Assembly (NCBI GenBank): GCA_964650395.1
Contig: CAZYRH010000002.1
Coordinates: 1-41,561, forward strand
Direction of reading: 5' to 3'
Source: an uncultured Ignavibacteriales bacterium
GTDB taxonomy: Bacteria; Zixibacteria; MSB-5A5; GN15; FEB-12
DNA length: 41,561 nt
Shown: one piece after another, positions 8,089 through 17,713 of the stretch
Layout of the letters: every line of letters begins with the position of its first letter
Numbering within the stretch: the stretch's first letter is position 1
Translations under genes and position numbers: made by a program
The notes under the pieces: model-generated
What the model was told of the DNA's origin: nothing
The model's input: only the letters and a program-made list of their open reading frames with translations
The model's database searches: none

Positions 8089-10857
8089 TTGACCGACAAA
8101 ATTGATCTATCTGATAACCGGTTCGATAAAACCAATGCCGTGCTGGCGGGTCTGGTCTTTGTCATCTCTTTTGTTGTCTATGCCCTGACCGTTCAGCGCT
8201 CTTTGTCATTCTGGGACTGCGGCGAGTTTGTTGCTTGCTCGCGCATCCTTGGTATCCCACATCCGCCGGGGACACCGCTGTTTGTAATTTTGGGCCGACT
8301 CTTTTCCCTAATTCCCCTTGCGGATGACATTTCCTACCAGATTAATTACATGTCTGTAATCTCCTCGGCTTTCACGGCCATGTTCAGCTACCTTCTCACG
8401 GTGAGAATGGTTGGGTACTTTTTTGCCAAGGGCGAAAACACCGGATTGAATCGTTATATCGCCTATATAGGTGGGATAGCCGGCGGGCTTTTTGTCGCCT
8501 TTGGGCAGACCAACTGGTCAAACTCGGTGGAAGCCGAGGTGTATGGTGTGGCACTCGCCTTGACGGTCATGATCGTCTGGCTGACCTTGCGCTACTTCGA
8601 GCAAAGAGGAACTATGGTGGCTGCTAAGGCCATGATTTTAGTGTTCTACCTGGCCCTGTTGGGGATAGGGATTCACATGACTGTCTACATCATAGTCCCT
8701 GTCTGCTCTTTGTTTTTCATTCTCAAAAAGGAGGCCACCTCGCGAGACTGGTCGCTGCTGTCGGGGTTCGTCATCTTTGAGCTTTTCCTTATTATTCTCT
8801 TTGCCAACGGCAGAGGCGGCAGTGGAATGTTCTACCTCGTCTCGGCGTTGGCAGCGGTGTTGTTGTTGGTGATGTTGTACCGAAAGATTAATTGGGCGAT
8901 TCTAATTGCTCTGGCCTCCGTTTCTTCAATTATGGTAGGATTCGACGAGTATCTCATGATGACCCCTTTGACCTTCGGTTTACTGATTGTGCTCGCTATT
9001 CTCTCCGAGAAGTATCGGTGGCGACTGAATTGGAAAACAGGTTTGACCATTGTGTTTATTGCCTTAGTTGGGATGTCAGTTCATTTGTTCATACCGATCC
9101 GTTCTTCGTTGAACCCGAGAATTGATGAAAACAATCCTTCCCGTGATTTTCGTACCTTTGTTAACTACCTCGACCGGAAGCAATACGGACAAGTCTCTAT
9201 GGTTAAGCGGGTGTTTCATCGGCGCGGCACCTGGAGCCACCAGTTTGGCCGCCATACGCACATGGGATTCTGGTCGTACTTCGAAGAGCAGTACTCGCCA
9301 GGGGGGTGGCTTTTTGTCTTTCCCTTCTTCGCGTTAGGAGTCATCGGCATTATTACCGCCATTAAGAGGCGCCTTCAGGTTGGTCTGCCATTTTTAGCAA
9401 TGCTAATGCTGTGCTCCGTCGGGTTAATTCTCTACATGAATTTTGCCGACGGCACTAAGTATAATCCTCGCACCACCGATGCCTACCTCGAAGTCCGCAA
9501 CCGTGACTACTTTTTCACGCCCGCTTTTGTATTTTTCGGGATAGCTATGGGACTCGGCGTCTCAGCGGTCATGAAGTACACAAAGGACAGGCTGTCATCG
9601 TCCGGTCCGGGGATTCAAAAAGCGGCGGTAGTGGCCTCATCGGCGCTGGTGCTGCTGCCGGCAGTTTCCCTGGCGCACAACTACCATATCTGTGACCGTT
9701 CTAATAATCGCATTCCCTATAATTATGCCGTTGACATCTTGAACACCTGCGAGCCGAACGCCATTTTGTTTACCTCTGGAGATAATGATACATTTCCACT
9801 GTGGTGCGTTCAGGAGGCGTACGACTACCGCAAGGATGTGCGGGTGGTGAACCTGTCGCTCTTGAACACCGACTGGTACGTTGCACAGATGAAAAACCGC
9901 TTTGGTGTTCCTATCTCTCTTTCAGATGAGCAGATCCTCTGGTATCCCTATGAACCTCGGCCGGGAGAAAAAGCGGCTCGCCCCAAAAAGAAATTCTATG
10001 ACCGTCCACGAGGCCGCTGGACCTATCTTCAGGCCTCGCCGTATGGAGGGCGAATTGTATCTGTTGCGAACATGATGATGGATGAAATAGTGCTTGAGAA
10101 CAAGTGGGAAAACCCCATTTATTTCAGCTCTTACCCGTATGCTGAGTCTCCTCTGAAACTCCGTCAGAGAGCCACGTCGATCGGTTTGTTGTACAAGCTT
10201 GAACGGAACCCTAAGGAGCGCCTGATCGACGCTGATAGCGGTTATGACCTATTTATGAACACCTATCGCTTTGACGGGTATGAAAACTCCGAGGTATACC
10301 GCGACGACAACGCTACCGGTATTTTTCTGGGAGTGGGCATTAATGCAATCCGTGTGTTTGATGAGCTCATTCGCAGCGGACAGAAGGACAAAGCAGTTGC
10401 ATTGGCTGAGAAAGTCATAAACGTGTACCCCGAGTACTGGCAGATGTACATGTTGTTGTCAAACGTCTATGAAAAGGAAGGAGATACGGCCAAGTCCGAA
10501 GGCCTGTTCCAGCAGCTTCACGACACTTTGACGGCCTTTTATAAGTCTAACCGGGGAAATCTGTTTTATATGCAAGACCTTGGCATATCCAAGGTAGAGC
10601 TGGGACGGATGCATAGTGATGCAGGTATGATCGAAGAGGGCATCAGTCTCATGTGGGATGCTTTCAAGGCCAACCCAAATAACAACTATACTTTTCGTAA
10701 GCTGGTCAGCGTTCTGTCACAAGCAAGACGTATGTCGGATATCCAGCGAGCCGCACAGATGTTCGCCGAATACAAGATCAACCTGACCGATCCGGTGTTA
10801 CAATCGATTCTTGGTACGAGCAGTACCGGAAGTATCCCTGCGCCGGGGGGGGAATAG
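8089..10857 (+). CDS. DUF2723 (TMEM260-like) GT-C fold glycosyltransferase with C-terminal TPR region
   Basis: The TTG start has AGGAG 5 nt upstream. The hallmark DUF2723 motif SLSFWDCGEFVACSRILGIPHPPGTPLFVILGRLF is present. There are more than 10 predicted TM helices. The soluble C-terminal part has TPR-like repeats. Confidence 0.9.
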   Translation: MTDKIDLSDNRFDKTNAVLAGLVFVISFVVYALTVQRSLSFWDCGEFVACSRILGIPHPPGTPLFVILGRLFSLIPLADDISYQINYMSVISSAFTAMFSYLLTVRMVGYFFAKGENTGLNRYIAYIGGIAGGLFVAFGQTNWSNSVEAEVYGVALALTVMIVWLTLRYFEQRGTMVAAKAMILVFYLALLGIGIHMTVYIIVPVCSLFFILKKEATSRDWSLLSGFVIFELFLIILFANGRGGSGMFYLVSALAAVLLLVMLYRKINWAILIALASVSSIMVGFDEYLMMTPLTFGLLIVLAILSEKYRWRLNWKTGLTIVFIALVGMSVHLFIPIRSSLNPRIDENNPSRDFRTFVNYLDRKQYGQVSMVKRVFHRRGTWSHQFGRHTHMGFWSYFEEQYSPGGWLFVFPFFALGVIGIITAIKRRLQVGLPFLAMLMLCSVGLILYMNFADGTKYNPRTTDAYLEVRNRDYFFTPAFVFFGIAMGLGVSAVMKYTKDRLSSSGPGIQKAAVVASSALVLLPAVSLAHNYHICDRSNNRIPYNYAVDILNTCEPNAILFTSGDNDTFPLWCVQEAYDYRKDVRVVNLSLLNTDWYVAQMKNRFGVPISLSDEQILWYPYEPRPGEKAARPKKKFYDRPRGRWTYLQASPYGGRIVSVANMMMDEIVLENKWENPIYFSSYPYAESPLKLRQRATSIGLLYKLERNPKERLIDADSGYDLFMNTYRFDGYENSEVYRDDNATGIFLGVGINAIRVFDELIRSGQKDKAVALAEKVINVYPEYWQMYMLLSNVYEKEGDTAKSEGLFQQLHDTLTAFYKSNRGNLFYMQDLGISKVELGRMHSDAGMIEEGISLMWDAFKANPNNNYTFRKLVSVLSQARRMSDIQRAAQMFAEYKINLTDPVLQSILGTSSTGSIPAPGGE

Positions 10858-11013
10858 AGCGCCGTGTTTCCCCGAAAGGACTATGTAAAAGATTAACACA
10901 CTGCGGTAGAAGATTCCTTTTGTTTCCATTGCTGTCCGCTCTTTGATACCGCAGGGATGGTTGGCTCATTGTCGGACAGTAATAATATCACGGCAGCGAG
11001 AGTCTTGATTCAT

Positions 11014-11697
11014 ATGAGCTGCTGGCTTGACAATTTATATAACGTCTTTAGAAGGAAATCGACCGCGTGTATAGCCGTAGCGTTTGCTTTCATCTTACTA
11101 TCGACCGGTTTTTCTCCAGCGATGGCCTCCGAGAGAAGTTTCGAGGGTTTGACCACACCACCGGCTGACTCGGCTGAAGCGGAAAGGGTTCGCATCTGGT
11201 TGCCAATCGAACGGCAAAGCCGCTGCCGGGTAACCATCGACATCTTGAACGACTCCAACCGGGTCATCCGCCATCTGGTAGACCGTTTAATGTCTCCCAG
11301 TTACTACAATTACTACTGGGACAAAATGGACGACTCTGGGAGTTTCGTCGAGCCTGGGAAGTATGTCTATATCGCGAATGACTGTGGTAAAAAAAGCTAT
11401 GGTGAAGTAACAGCAAGATTCAAAAAATGGGAGGCGGCCAGCCGCTTATTCCCGCCCCAGGATAGGTGGTCAAGAAAGATCGGATTTGAACTGTTGGAAG
11501 ATTCAGCGACCGTGACCATACGTATCTTTGACCACCGGGGAAAGCTGGTGGACGAGCCGGTCGTAGACTCGCTGATGAACAAAGGAAAGTATGAATTCGA
11601 GTGGGGCCCAGCTCCAGATATTCCGCGAGGGTTTTACACGTTCCAATTGATTATCGGCGATTTCATGTATTCGGCATTCATTGGTTACCGGCGATGA
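11014..11697 (+). CDS. secreted protein with two FlgD-Ig-like beta-sandwich repeats
   Basis: The signal peptide (ACIAVAFAFILLSTGFSPAMA) follows the internal ATG at 11014; the ORF is open from 10957. Two repeats fit the FlgD_ig pattern: RVTIDILNDSNRVIRHL...YYWDKMDDSGSFVEPGKYVY and TVTIRIFDHRGKLVDEP...GKYEFEW...RGFYTFQL. Confidence 0.7.
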   Translation: MSCWLDNLYNVFRRKSTACIAVAFAFILLSTGFSPAMASERSFEGLTTPPADSAEAERVRIWLPIERQSRCRVTIDILNDSNRVIRHLVDRLMSPSYYNYYWDKMDDSGSFVEPGKYVYIANDCGKKSYGEVTARFKKWEAASRLFPPQDRWSRKIGFELLEDSATVTIRIFDHRGKLVDEPVVDSLMNKGKYEFEWGPAPDIPRGFYTFQLIIGDFMYSAFIGYRR

Positions 11698-12170
11698 GCA
11701 CACCTCGGGTGTTTCTCATTCCGGCGCTTTTTCTTGCCTGTGGCCTGGTTCTCGTGGCTGTTTGGGGATGTGGGAAGTGGCAGACGGCAGGTCTCCGTGG
11801 CGGTCAATACGAGATTGCCTGGGTGGATCCACAGATCATCGTGTCTGATTCATCCTTTACCCTGATTCGAGCTGAACGGATTGACTCCTTTCTTGTTGAC
11901 CGATCCTCGGACTTATCGTTGACCAAGGCACCGTCAGTGATGTTCCACGTAACAGATAACGAGTGTTTTACATCGGTAAATCTGTTAAGCTCCACAGGGG
12001 AGGTAATCATGCCTTTGCTGATCAGGAACCTCAGCCGGGGATACTACAAACTCACAGTTGATGTCAACCGTCTTCCCCGGGAGCGCTACCGGACCGACCA
12101 GTTTTTTCTCAAGGCTGAATACTGCGGGTCGTCGGTCACCCAACCGATCCATCACGGATTGACGAAATAA
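11694..12170 (+). CDS. membrane-anchored or lipoprotein-like Ig-like protein (158 aa)
   Basis: The ATG at 11694 overlaps the upstream stop as ATGA, indicating translational coupling. There is an N-terminal hydrophobic anchor (VFLIPALFLACGLVLVAVWGC). A FlgD-Ig-like segment (SVNLLSSTGEVIMPLLIRNLSRGYYKLTVDV) is present. Confidence 0.65.
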   Translation: MSTPRVFLIPALFLACGLVLVAVWGCGKWQTAGLRGGQYEIAWVDPQIIVSDSSFTLIRAERIDSFLVDRSSDLSLTKAPSVMFHVTDNECFTSVNLLSSTGEVIMPLLIRNLSRGYYKLTVDVNRLPRERYRTDQFFLKAEYCGSSVTQPIHHGLTK

Positions 12171-12180
12171 TATCATTTTC

Positions 12181-12283
12181 TAATTGTGATGTAACAAATT
12201 GTAGGGAAGGAATCTCTGACTCCCGCCTATTTTTCGGCAGGTCTCAGAGAGACCTACCCTACCAATGTCGTGTTACAATTAAG
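12181..12283. repeat. palindromic intergenic element, copy B of a dispersed family
   Basis: The arms 12181-12220 (TAATTGTGATGTAACAAATTGTAGGGAAGGAATCTCTGAC) and 12241-12283 are imperfectly complementary. The core AGAGAGACCTACCCTAC and the terminal TTACAATTAA recur at about 15588-15712 and 18641-18683. Confidence 0.6.
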
Positions 12284-12446
12284 AACTTATACAACTCCCA
12301 TGGAGAGAGGAAAGCAGGCTTGGCCTATGTCCAATAATTGCGCAGGGTAACTTGTTTATTCTTTATGACTTCAGCCGATATATGGAAACGTATCCACTCA
12401 TCCTGTGAGAGAAAGGCAGAGAACGGTTTGGCCCAGAGGTTGACAG

Positions 12447-13826
12447 ATGCCTAATATTCTTGTTGTCGATGACAAAGACTCCATGCGTAACATGCTGAGT
12501 GAAACGCTGGTCGAGGAAGGGTACCGTGTCGACAGCGCTCCTGATGGTCGGAGGGCGCTTGAACTGGTGCGTAACAAGTCGTACGATCTGGTCTTGACCG
12601 ACCTGAAGATGCCTGATGTCGACGGGTTGGAAGTTTTGAGCGGAGTGAAGGAGGCCGATAGTGACGCTTCCGTGATAGTTATGACGGCTTACGGGACAAT
12701 CGAGGATGCCGTGGCGGCAATGAAAAAAGGGGCCTACGACTTTATTACCAAGCCATTCGATACCGAACATCTGTGCGTCCTGATCAACCGCGCCCTTGAG
12801 AATCGGCGACTCATAGCTGAGAATACGCTGCTTCGACAGGAGCTTCTGGCCGGCCATGGCTTTTCTGACATTATTGGACAGAATGAGAAGATGGTGGAAA
12901 TCTGTAACTTGATTCAGAAGGTTGCCAAATCCGACGCCTCCGTCTTGCTCCAGGGCGAATCCGGCACCGGCAAGGAGTTGTTTGCACGGGCGATTCATTC
13001 CCTCTCGCCGAGGAAAGACCGTCCTTATATTCCTATCAATTGTGCCGCAATTCCCCGCGAACTCTTGGAGAATGAGTTATTTGGCTCGGAGAAAGGAGCT
13101 TTTACAGGAGCCCACGCGCGCAAGATGGGTAAGTTTGAAATTGCCAACAGTGGTACGGTATTCCTCGATGAAATAGGCGACATGGACATCGCCCTGCAGG
13201 CAAAATTGTTGCGCGTGCTTCAGCAGAAAAATTTTGAGCGTCTGGGAGGTACCAGGCCGATTGATGTCGACGTTCGAGTAATTGCCGCCACGAACATGGA
13301 CCTCAATGAGCTGATTAAGGCCAAGCGCTTTCGTGAGGATTTATACTACCGCCTCTCAGTCTTCCCGATTACCATACCGCCGCTTCGGGAACGCCCGGAC
13401 GATGTCAAACGTTTGGCTGAATACTTTGTTGTGAAATACTGCCGCGAAATGAAAAAAGTGACCAAGTCGTTATCAAAAGACGCCGATAGGCTTTTAGAAA
13501 GATATCACTGGCCGGGCAACGTCCGGGAGCTGGAGAATACCATTGAGCGTGCAGTGATCCTAGCGGAAGGGAAAAAGATTACGCCGGAGCATCTGGCTAT
13601 TCGCCTGCAGCGCACGGACGAGATTCAGTTGCGGGAAGGGGCTGGTCTGAAAGAGATCGGCGCCCATGCCCAGATGCAAGCCGAGAAAGCAACGATTATC
13701 CGAGTGCTCAAGCAGGTCCGGGGCAATAAACGCAAATGCGCCCGAATTCTTCAAATCGACTACACTACCCTCTTTGACAAAATTAAGAAGTACAGTATTG
13801 AAAAGGCTATGCACGCAGAGGAATGA
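12447..13826 (+). CDS. sigma-54-dependent response regulator (REC + AAA+ + Fis-type HTH; NtrC/AtoC family)
   Basis: The receiver domain shows ILVVDDKDSMRNML...DLVLTDLKMPDVDG. The Walker A is GESGTGKELFARAIH and the sigma-54 contact loop is GAFTGA. The motif RFREDLYYRL is present. The C-terminal HTH is KCARILQIDYTTLFDKIKKY. Confidence 0.95.
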   Translation: MPNILVVDDKDSMRNMLSETLVEEGYRVDSAPDGRRALELVRNKSYDLVLTDLKMPDVDGLEVLSGVKEADSDASVIVMTAYGTIEDAVAAMKKGAYDFITKPFDTEHLCVLINRALENRRLIAENTLLRQELLAGHGFSDIIGQNEKMVEICNLIQKVAKSDASVLLQGESGTGKELFARAIHSLSPRKDRPYIPINCAAIPRELLENELFGSEKGAFTGAHARKMGKFEIANSGTVFLDEIGDMDIALQAKLLRVLQQKNFERLGGTRPIDVDVRVIAATNMDLNELIKAKRFREDLYYRLSVFPITIPPLRERPDDVKRLAEYFVVKYCREMKKVTKSLSKDADRLLERYHWPGNVRELENTIERAVILAEGKKITPEHLAIRLQRTDEIQLREGAGLKEIGAHAQMQAEKATIIRVLKQVRGNKRKCARILQIDYTTLFDKIKKYSIEKAMHAEE

Positions 13827-13983
13827 GCGTTGGGGAACCTGATCAAGTGGCCAGGGGTATTAAGTTGCAGGGACTTAGAACTTCCTCACCTTCTAAGTTG
13901 TGGTAATCAGCACGGAGGATACTCATCCCCGTACGATGACACCGCTGCTTGCCCGGCAATTATTCATTAGTGGATGGATCGGC

Positions 13984-14430
13984 CTACTTTCCCCGAGTGA
14001 CTGGATGTTGCCGTCGTCCCCTCTTCGGAGCGACGTTGTTGGCTTCATTCACCTCAAGTAACTGCCCATCGGGATTAATCTGGAGCATTTCGGCAATTTT
14101 GCGTTTGTCACACCCTACCGTGACCAGTCTGGCCGACCTGACAATAGGTCGTTTCAGCAACGTGTAATCCTGGGCCATCAACTTGATGATCTGATGCCGC
14201 TCAGGTAGCCGTTTGTCCAGACGGTACTTCGAGTACGATTCAGAAAGAGTATTCAAAAAATGTGTGATTTCGAGATGACCGACGAGTTGTGAAAGCTCTT
14301 CTTCCGTCAAAGGTTTTTCGCCTAAATCACGCACGTCCAGCAAAACGCCGGCATCTTCTATGAATTTCCTGGCTTCGGAGCAATACCCATCGTTGCCATA
14401 CGTCATGTATATCGCACGTCTGGGAGCCAT
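13984..14430 (-). CDS. ArsC/Spx/YffB-family (glutaredoxin-like) protein
   Basis: A strong RBS (GAGGAGG) precedes the ATG. Family motifs are present: IYMTYGNDGYCSEARKF (N-terminal Cys after beta1) and LLKRPIVRSARLVTVG. A basic C-terminal tail follows. Confidence 0.8.
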   Translation of the reverse strand: MAPRRAIYMTYGNDGYCSEARKFIEDAGVLLDVRDLGEKPLTEEELSQLVGHLEITHFLNTLSESYSKYRLDKRLPERHQIIKLMAQDYTLLKRPIVRSARLVTVGCDKRKIAEMLQINPDGQLLEVNEANNVAPKRGRRQHPVTRGK

Positions 14431-14949
14431 AGCACCTCCTCAAAACTCTACTTTCTTTTCCGTGTCCATAGTCGATAAAAAGAAAATTCTTTGCTTTCCT
14501 GATTCAGTGACCCCGTATTGAACATACAAATTGTTACTTGGTTACTGGTCACGTGGACTCGTCACTGTTCCAGTGCTGGGTCACAAGCTTACAGAATGAC
14601 TACTAAAAACCATGTATAATTCTATTTGTCAACAAATATTTCCATTTTTTTCAGCCGTCTGCGGCATCAGCATCCCATTGTGTACTGACTCTTCGGTTTC
14701 CGATTTGATCCCCCGAAGCCAACTTAACTTGAAACATAAAGCTTCATATAGTACAGTGAAAACAAAAACTGCCTGTCTTTTTTCAGGCGAGAACGAGTAT
14801 ATGAAAGCTACTATTAACCCTACTCGATACAGATATTATCGGATAACTCCCTCTTAGCTTTACATAACCTCCAATAATTCTAACGTTTCAGTTACCTAAA
14901 AGTTCCACTCAGGTTCCTCAAGATGCACGACAGTTATCCAGTCGGCTGG

Positions 14950-15567
14950 TTACAATCTAACAGCTACCGCCAGGCCGTCTCTAAGAGGGATAATAGTCGT
15001 GAAGAATCGGCTGTCATCGTATAGTTTGTGGGTGAATTCAAGTATTGCCCTGGTCGACACACCGGGATTTTTGTCACATACTCTTCCGGACCAGAGAAGA
15101 TTGTCCGAAATAAATAGGCCACCTTTCTTTAATCGGTTCGCCACGAGATCAATGGTTTTGGGATAGTCTTCTTTGTCAACGTCGTTCAAGATGATATCGA
15201 ATGGTTCAATGGATTCTTGTAGAGCCTTCAGAGCATCGCCGACCTTGAAGTCAAAATGGCTTTGCAAGCCGGCGCGCTTGAAGTAGTTCAAGGCGATCTG
15301 CTGGTTGTTTTTATCCGTATCGGTGAGGGTAATATGTCCCTGTCGCCCGGTAGCCAGTGAAAACCAGTAAGCCGAGTAACCGAACCCTGAACCGAGTTCC
15401 ATAATCTTCTTGGCTTTGGTGAGAATAGTCAGTTGATACAAAAGCCGCCCCACCAGGGGGCCGATGATGGGGAAACCTGTTTCGGCGGCATAAGCTTCCA
15501 TTTCTTTCAAAACGGGTGGACGCTCAGGGGTCGCCTGGTGAAGGTACTCATGAATCTTTTCAAACAT
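14950..15567 (-). CDS. class I SAM-dependent O-methyltransferase (caffeoyl-CoA OMT-like, Methyltransf_3)
   Basis: The SAM-binding motif is KIMELGSGFGYSAYWF. The motifs ILNDVDKEDYP and GGLFISDNLLWSG are also present, and the length (205 aa) is typical of the family. Confidence 0.85.
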   Translation of the reverse strand: MFEKIHEYLHQATPERPPVLKEMEAYAAETGFPIIGPLVGRLLYQLTILTKAKKIMELGSGFGYSAYWFSLATGRQGHITLTDTDKNNQQIALNYFKRAGLQSHFDFKVGDALKALQESIEPFDIILNDVDKEDYPKTIDLVANRLKKGGLFISDNLLWSGRVCDKNPGVSTRAILEFTHKLYDDSRFFTTIIPLRDGLAVAVRL

Positions 15568-15587
15568 AGGATACCTATTTCTTTTTT

Positions 15588-15712
15588 TTATTGTGATAGG
15601 GCAGGAACCTCCAGAAGCTGTGCCATAAGTCCAGTGTCCTAGCGAATCCGCCTACAGCGGACCGGCAAGTCTCAAAGAGACCTGCCCTACAGTTTGTTTC
15701 ATTACATTTAGA
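15588..15712. repeat. palindromic intergenic element, copy C of the dispersed family
   Basis: The left end is TTATTGTGATAGGGCAGG (15588-15605). The right arm is GTCTCAAAGAGACCTGCCCTAC...CATTACATTTAG (to about 15712). TAGGGCAGG and CCTGCCCTA are complementary across about 75 nt. The element lies between the ispH stop and the O-methyltransferase start. Confidence 0.5.
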
Positions 15713-15818
15713 AAATCATATTACCTCAACAGATCAAAACCCACGGAACAACTGAAGCGGATCTAAAACATGCCATACAAGACACGCCTGAGGGTGCCAA
15801 TAAGAGGCACCGCCAGGC

Positions 15819-16745
15819 TTAGTCCGCCATGGAGACGGACCTTCCCACTCGTTTTTTCTTTTCCGGTATGACGATCTCAGCCATTCCGCCGGAAATCTCC
15901 ACCAATCTCTTGACCACCTCTTCCACCAGGAAATCCGGTGTTGAGGCGCCGGCCGAGATGCCAATGTTTTCAACAGCGTTTTCCCCAGTGAACCATTCTT
16001 TTTTGATTTCCTTGGCGCAGCCAATGAGAATCCCTCGGCCACAAATAGCCTCGGAGATTCTGGTCAACCGCTTGGAGTTAGCGGAAGTGGCCGAGCCGAC
16101 CACAAGGACCATATCAACCTGGGGGGCCAGATCCATGATAGCCGCTTGCCTTTGCGTAGTGGCATTGCAGACGGTGTTGAAAACTTCGATATGTGGCCAT
16201 TTTTGCCGGGCTAATTTTTCGATTTCGCCAAACTCGGATATGTGGGCGGTCGTCTGAACCGTCAGACCCAGTTTGCGATCCGGCCAGTCAGGGAGTTGTA
16301 CCAGTTCCTGCTGGCTGCTGGCGACAGTGATATTATCCGGCGCATGCCCGACAATCCCCAGAGTCTCATCATGGTTGCGGTCACCATAATGTATAACATG
16401 GTATCCGTTCTCAACGATCTTGTTGATAATGTTGTAAATCCTGGTGACTAAAGGGCAGGTGGCATCAATCACTTTCAGTCCTTTTGCCTTAGCGGTCGTT
16501 ATCACGTCGGGAGAAATGCCGTGGGCGGAGATGATCAATGTTCCTTCGTCGACCTCCTCGACTGAAGATGCTTGGCCAATCCCCTGCCGTCTGAACCTTT
16601 CGACCACCGCCTCGTTGTGTACGATCTCGTTAAGAATCGTCACCTTCCCTTGGTGGCTTTGAGCGGTCTCTTCGGCTACATTGATAGCTCTTTTGACACC
16701 CATGCAGAAGCCGTGGTGCCGGGCAATAATTATCTTTTTCAGCAT
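15819..16745 (-). CDS. ispH: 4-hydroxy-3-methylbut-2-enyl diphosphate reductase
   Basis: Canonical IspH/LytB motifs are present: HGFCMGVKRAI, EIVHNEAVV, SAHGISP, ATCPLVT, NTVCNATTQRQ and VVGSATSANSKRL. Confidence 0.95.
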   Translation of the reverse strand: MLKKIIIARHHGFCMGVKRAINVAEETAQSHQGKVTILNEIVHNEAVVERFRRQGIGQASSVEEVDEGTLIISAHGISPDVITTAKAKGLKVIDATCPLVTRIYNIINKIVENGYHVIHYGDRNHDETLGIVGHAPDNITVASSQQELVQLPDWPDRKLGLTVQTTAHISEFGEIEKLARQKWPHIEVFNTVCNATTQRQAAIMDLAPQVDMVLVVGSATSANSKRLTRISEAICGRGILIGCAKEIKKEWFTGENAVENIGISAGASTPDFLVEEVVKRLVEISGGMAEIVIPEKKKRVGRSVSMAD

Positions 16746-17704
16746 CTTTTTTCCAAAAGTTGCTTGGATTGGTGAAACGCCTTGTAAGAACTTCTAACCA
16801 GCGGCCCCGACTCAACATGAGCAAACCCGATTTTCATACCAATTCTTCTCAGTTCCTTGAACTCATCGGGATGATAAAAGCGCTCGACCGGCAGGTGAGA
16901 AAGAGATGGCCTCAAGTATTGCCCTATGGTGACAAGGTCAGTGCCGGTCGCGTAAATCTGGTGCATCAGCTCAATGATCTCGTCCGTCGTTTCGCCAAGC
17001 CCGACCATGAAGCCACTCTTCACTACCGGGCCAGGGGAATAATGAGAAGCACGTCCAAGTACCTCGAGCGAGCGATCCAGCTTCATCCCCGGTCTTGCTC
17101 GTTTGTACAACCGACCGACAGTCTCAACATTATGAGCCAGTACATCTACTCCGCTGTCGAGGATGACTTTTAGGGCTTGTTTGTCACCTCGCAGATCAGG
17201 GATTAAGAATTCAACTTTCACCTCTGTATCCTGCTGTCGGAGGAGCTGCATAGTTCGGGCAAATACCCAAGCCCCTCCATCGGGAAGGTCATCTCGTGTC
17301 ACAGAGGTAATAACAACCTGCTTGAGCTTTAGCTGCCCAACCACTTTTGCTAATCGTGCCGGCTCCTCCTCGTCAAGGCCGAGGGGACGACCTTTTGTCA
17401 CACCACAAAAATTGCAACCGCGGGTGCAACGGTTGCCGAGGATCATGAAGGTGGCTGTTCCCTCGCTGAAGCACTCCCTGATATTGGGGCAGGCTGCTTC
17501 CTGGCAAACCGAGTGCAGGCCGTTTTCTTTCAGAATCGACTTGACTCGGCCATAGTTGGGACCAAGCGTACTGGTAACCTTGATCCATTTCGGCAGGCGT
17601 AGGTAAGGTGTTGGCATCCGCTTTTTTGGGGGAGGAGCTTCAGGGGAGGCGGTGGACGCAGAACGTCGTCCGGCTGACTCTGTGAGTGGGACCTTCTTCA
17701 TCAA
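16739..17704 (-). CDS. lipA: lipoyl synthase
   Basis: Both Fe-S cluster motifs are present: CQEAACPNIRECF and the radical-SAM motif CTRGCNFCGV. The 3' end overlaps the ispH start by 7 nt. Confidence 0.95.
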   Translation of the reverse strand: MMKKVPLTESAGRRSASTASPEAPPPKKRMPTPYLRLPKWIKVTSTLGPNYGRVKSILKENGLHSVCQEAACPNIRECFSEGTATFMILGNRCTRGCNFCGVTKGRPLGLDEEEPARLAKVVGQLKLKQVVITSVTRDDLPDGGAWVFARTMQLLRQQDTEVKVEFLIPDLRGDKQALKVILDSGVDVLAHNVETVGRLYKRARPGMKLDRSLEVLGRASHYSPGPVVKSGFMVGLGETTDEIIELMHQIYATGTDLVTIGQYLRPSLSHLPVERFYHPDEFKELRRIGMKIGFAHVESGPLVRSSYKAFHQSKQLLEKRC

Positions 17705-17713
17705 CTAAGTGTA

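Noticed and set aside
12363-12998. 211-aa minus-strand ORF
   Set aside because: It lies almost entirely antisense to the response-regulator gene. The plus frame there carries unmistakable REC and AAA+ motifs (GESGTGKE, GAFTGA). The antisense product has no motifs and is typical of a shadow ORF.
13873-13898. Hairpin ACTTAGAA-N10-TTCTAAGT between the convergent response-regulator and ArsC-family genes
   Set aside because: The stem is an 8-bp AT-rich helix with a 10-nt loop. There is no U-tract on either strand, so it is not convincing as a terminator.
14758-14789. Possible minus-strand terminator after the O-methyltransferase (GCCTG-AAAAAAGA-CAGGC followed by TTTTTGTTTT)
   Set aside because: The stem is only 5 bp with an 8-nt loop, about 160 nt past the stop codon. 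That is too weak to call as a feature.
14612-14857. 81-aa ORF in the 520-nt AT-rich spacer between the ArsC-family gene and the O-methyltransferase
   Set aside because: It has no RBS and a low-complexity, Ser/Cys/Ile-rich product. It runs against the flow of both neighbours. I also looked for tRNA or ncRNA signatures here and found only short GTCAC-containing hairpins.
15734-16257. ORFs 15734-16042 (-) and 15829-16257 (+) overlapping ispH
   Set aside because: Both overlap the ispH reading frame, which has canonical LytB motifs. They are alternative-frame and antisense artefacts.
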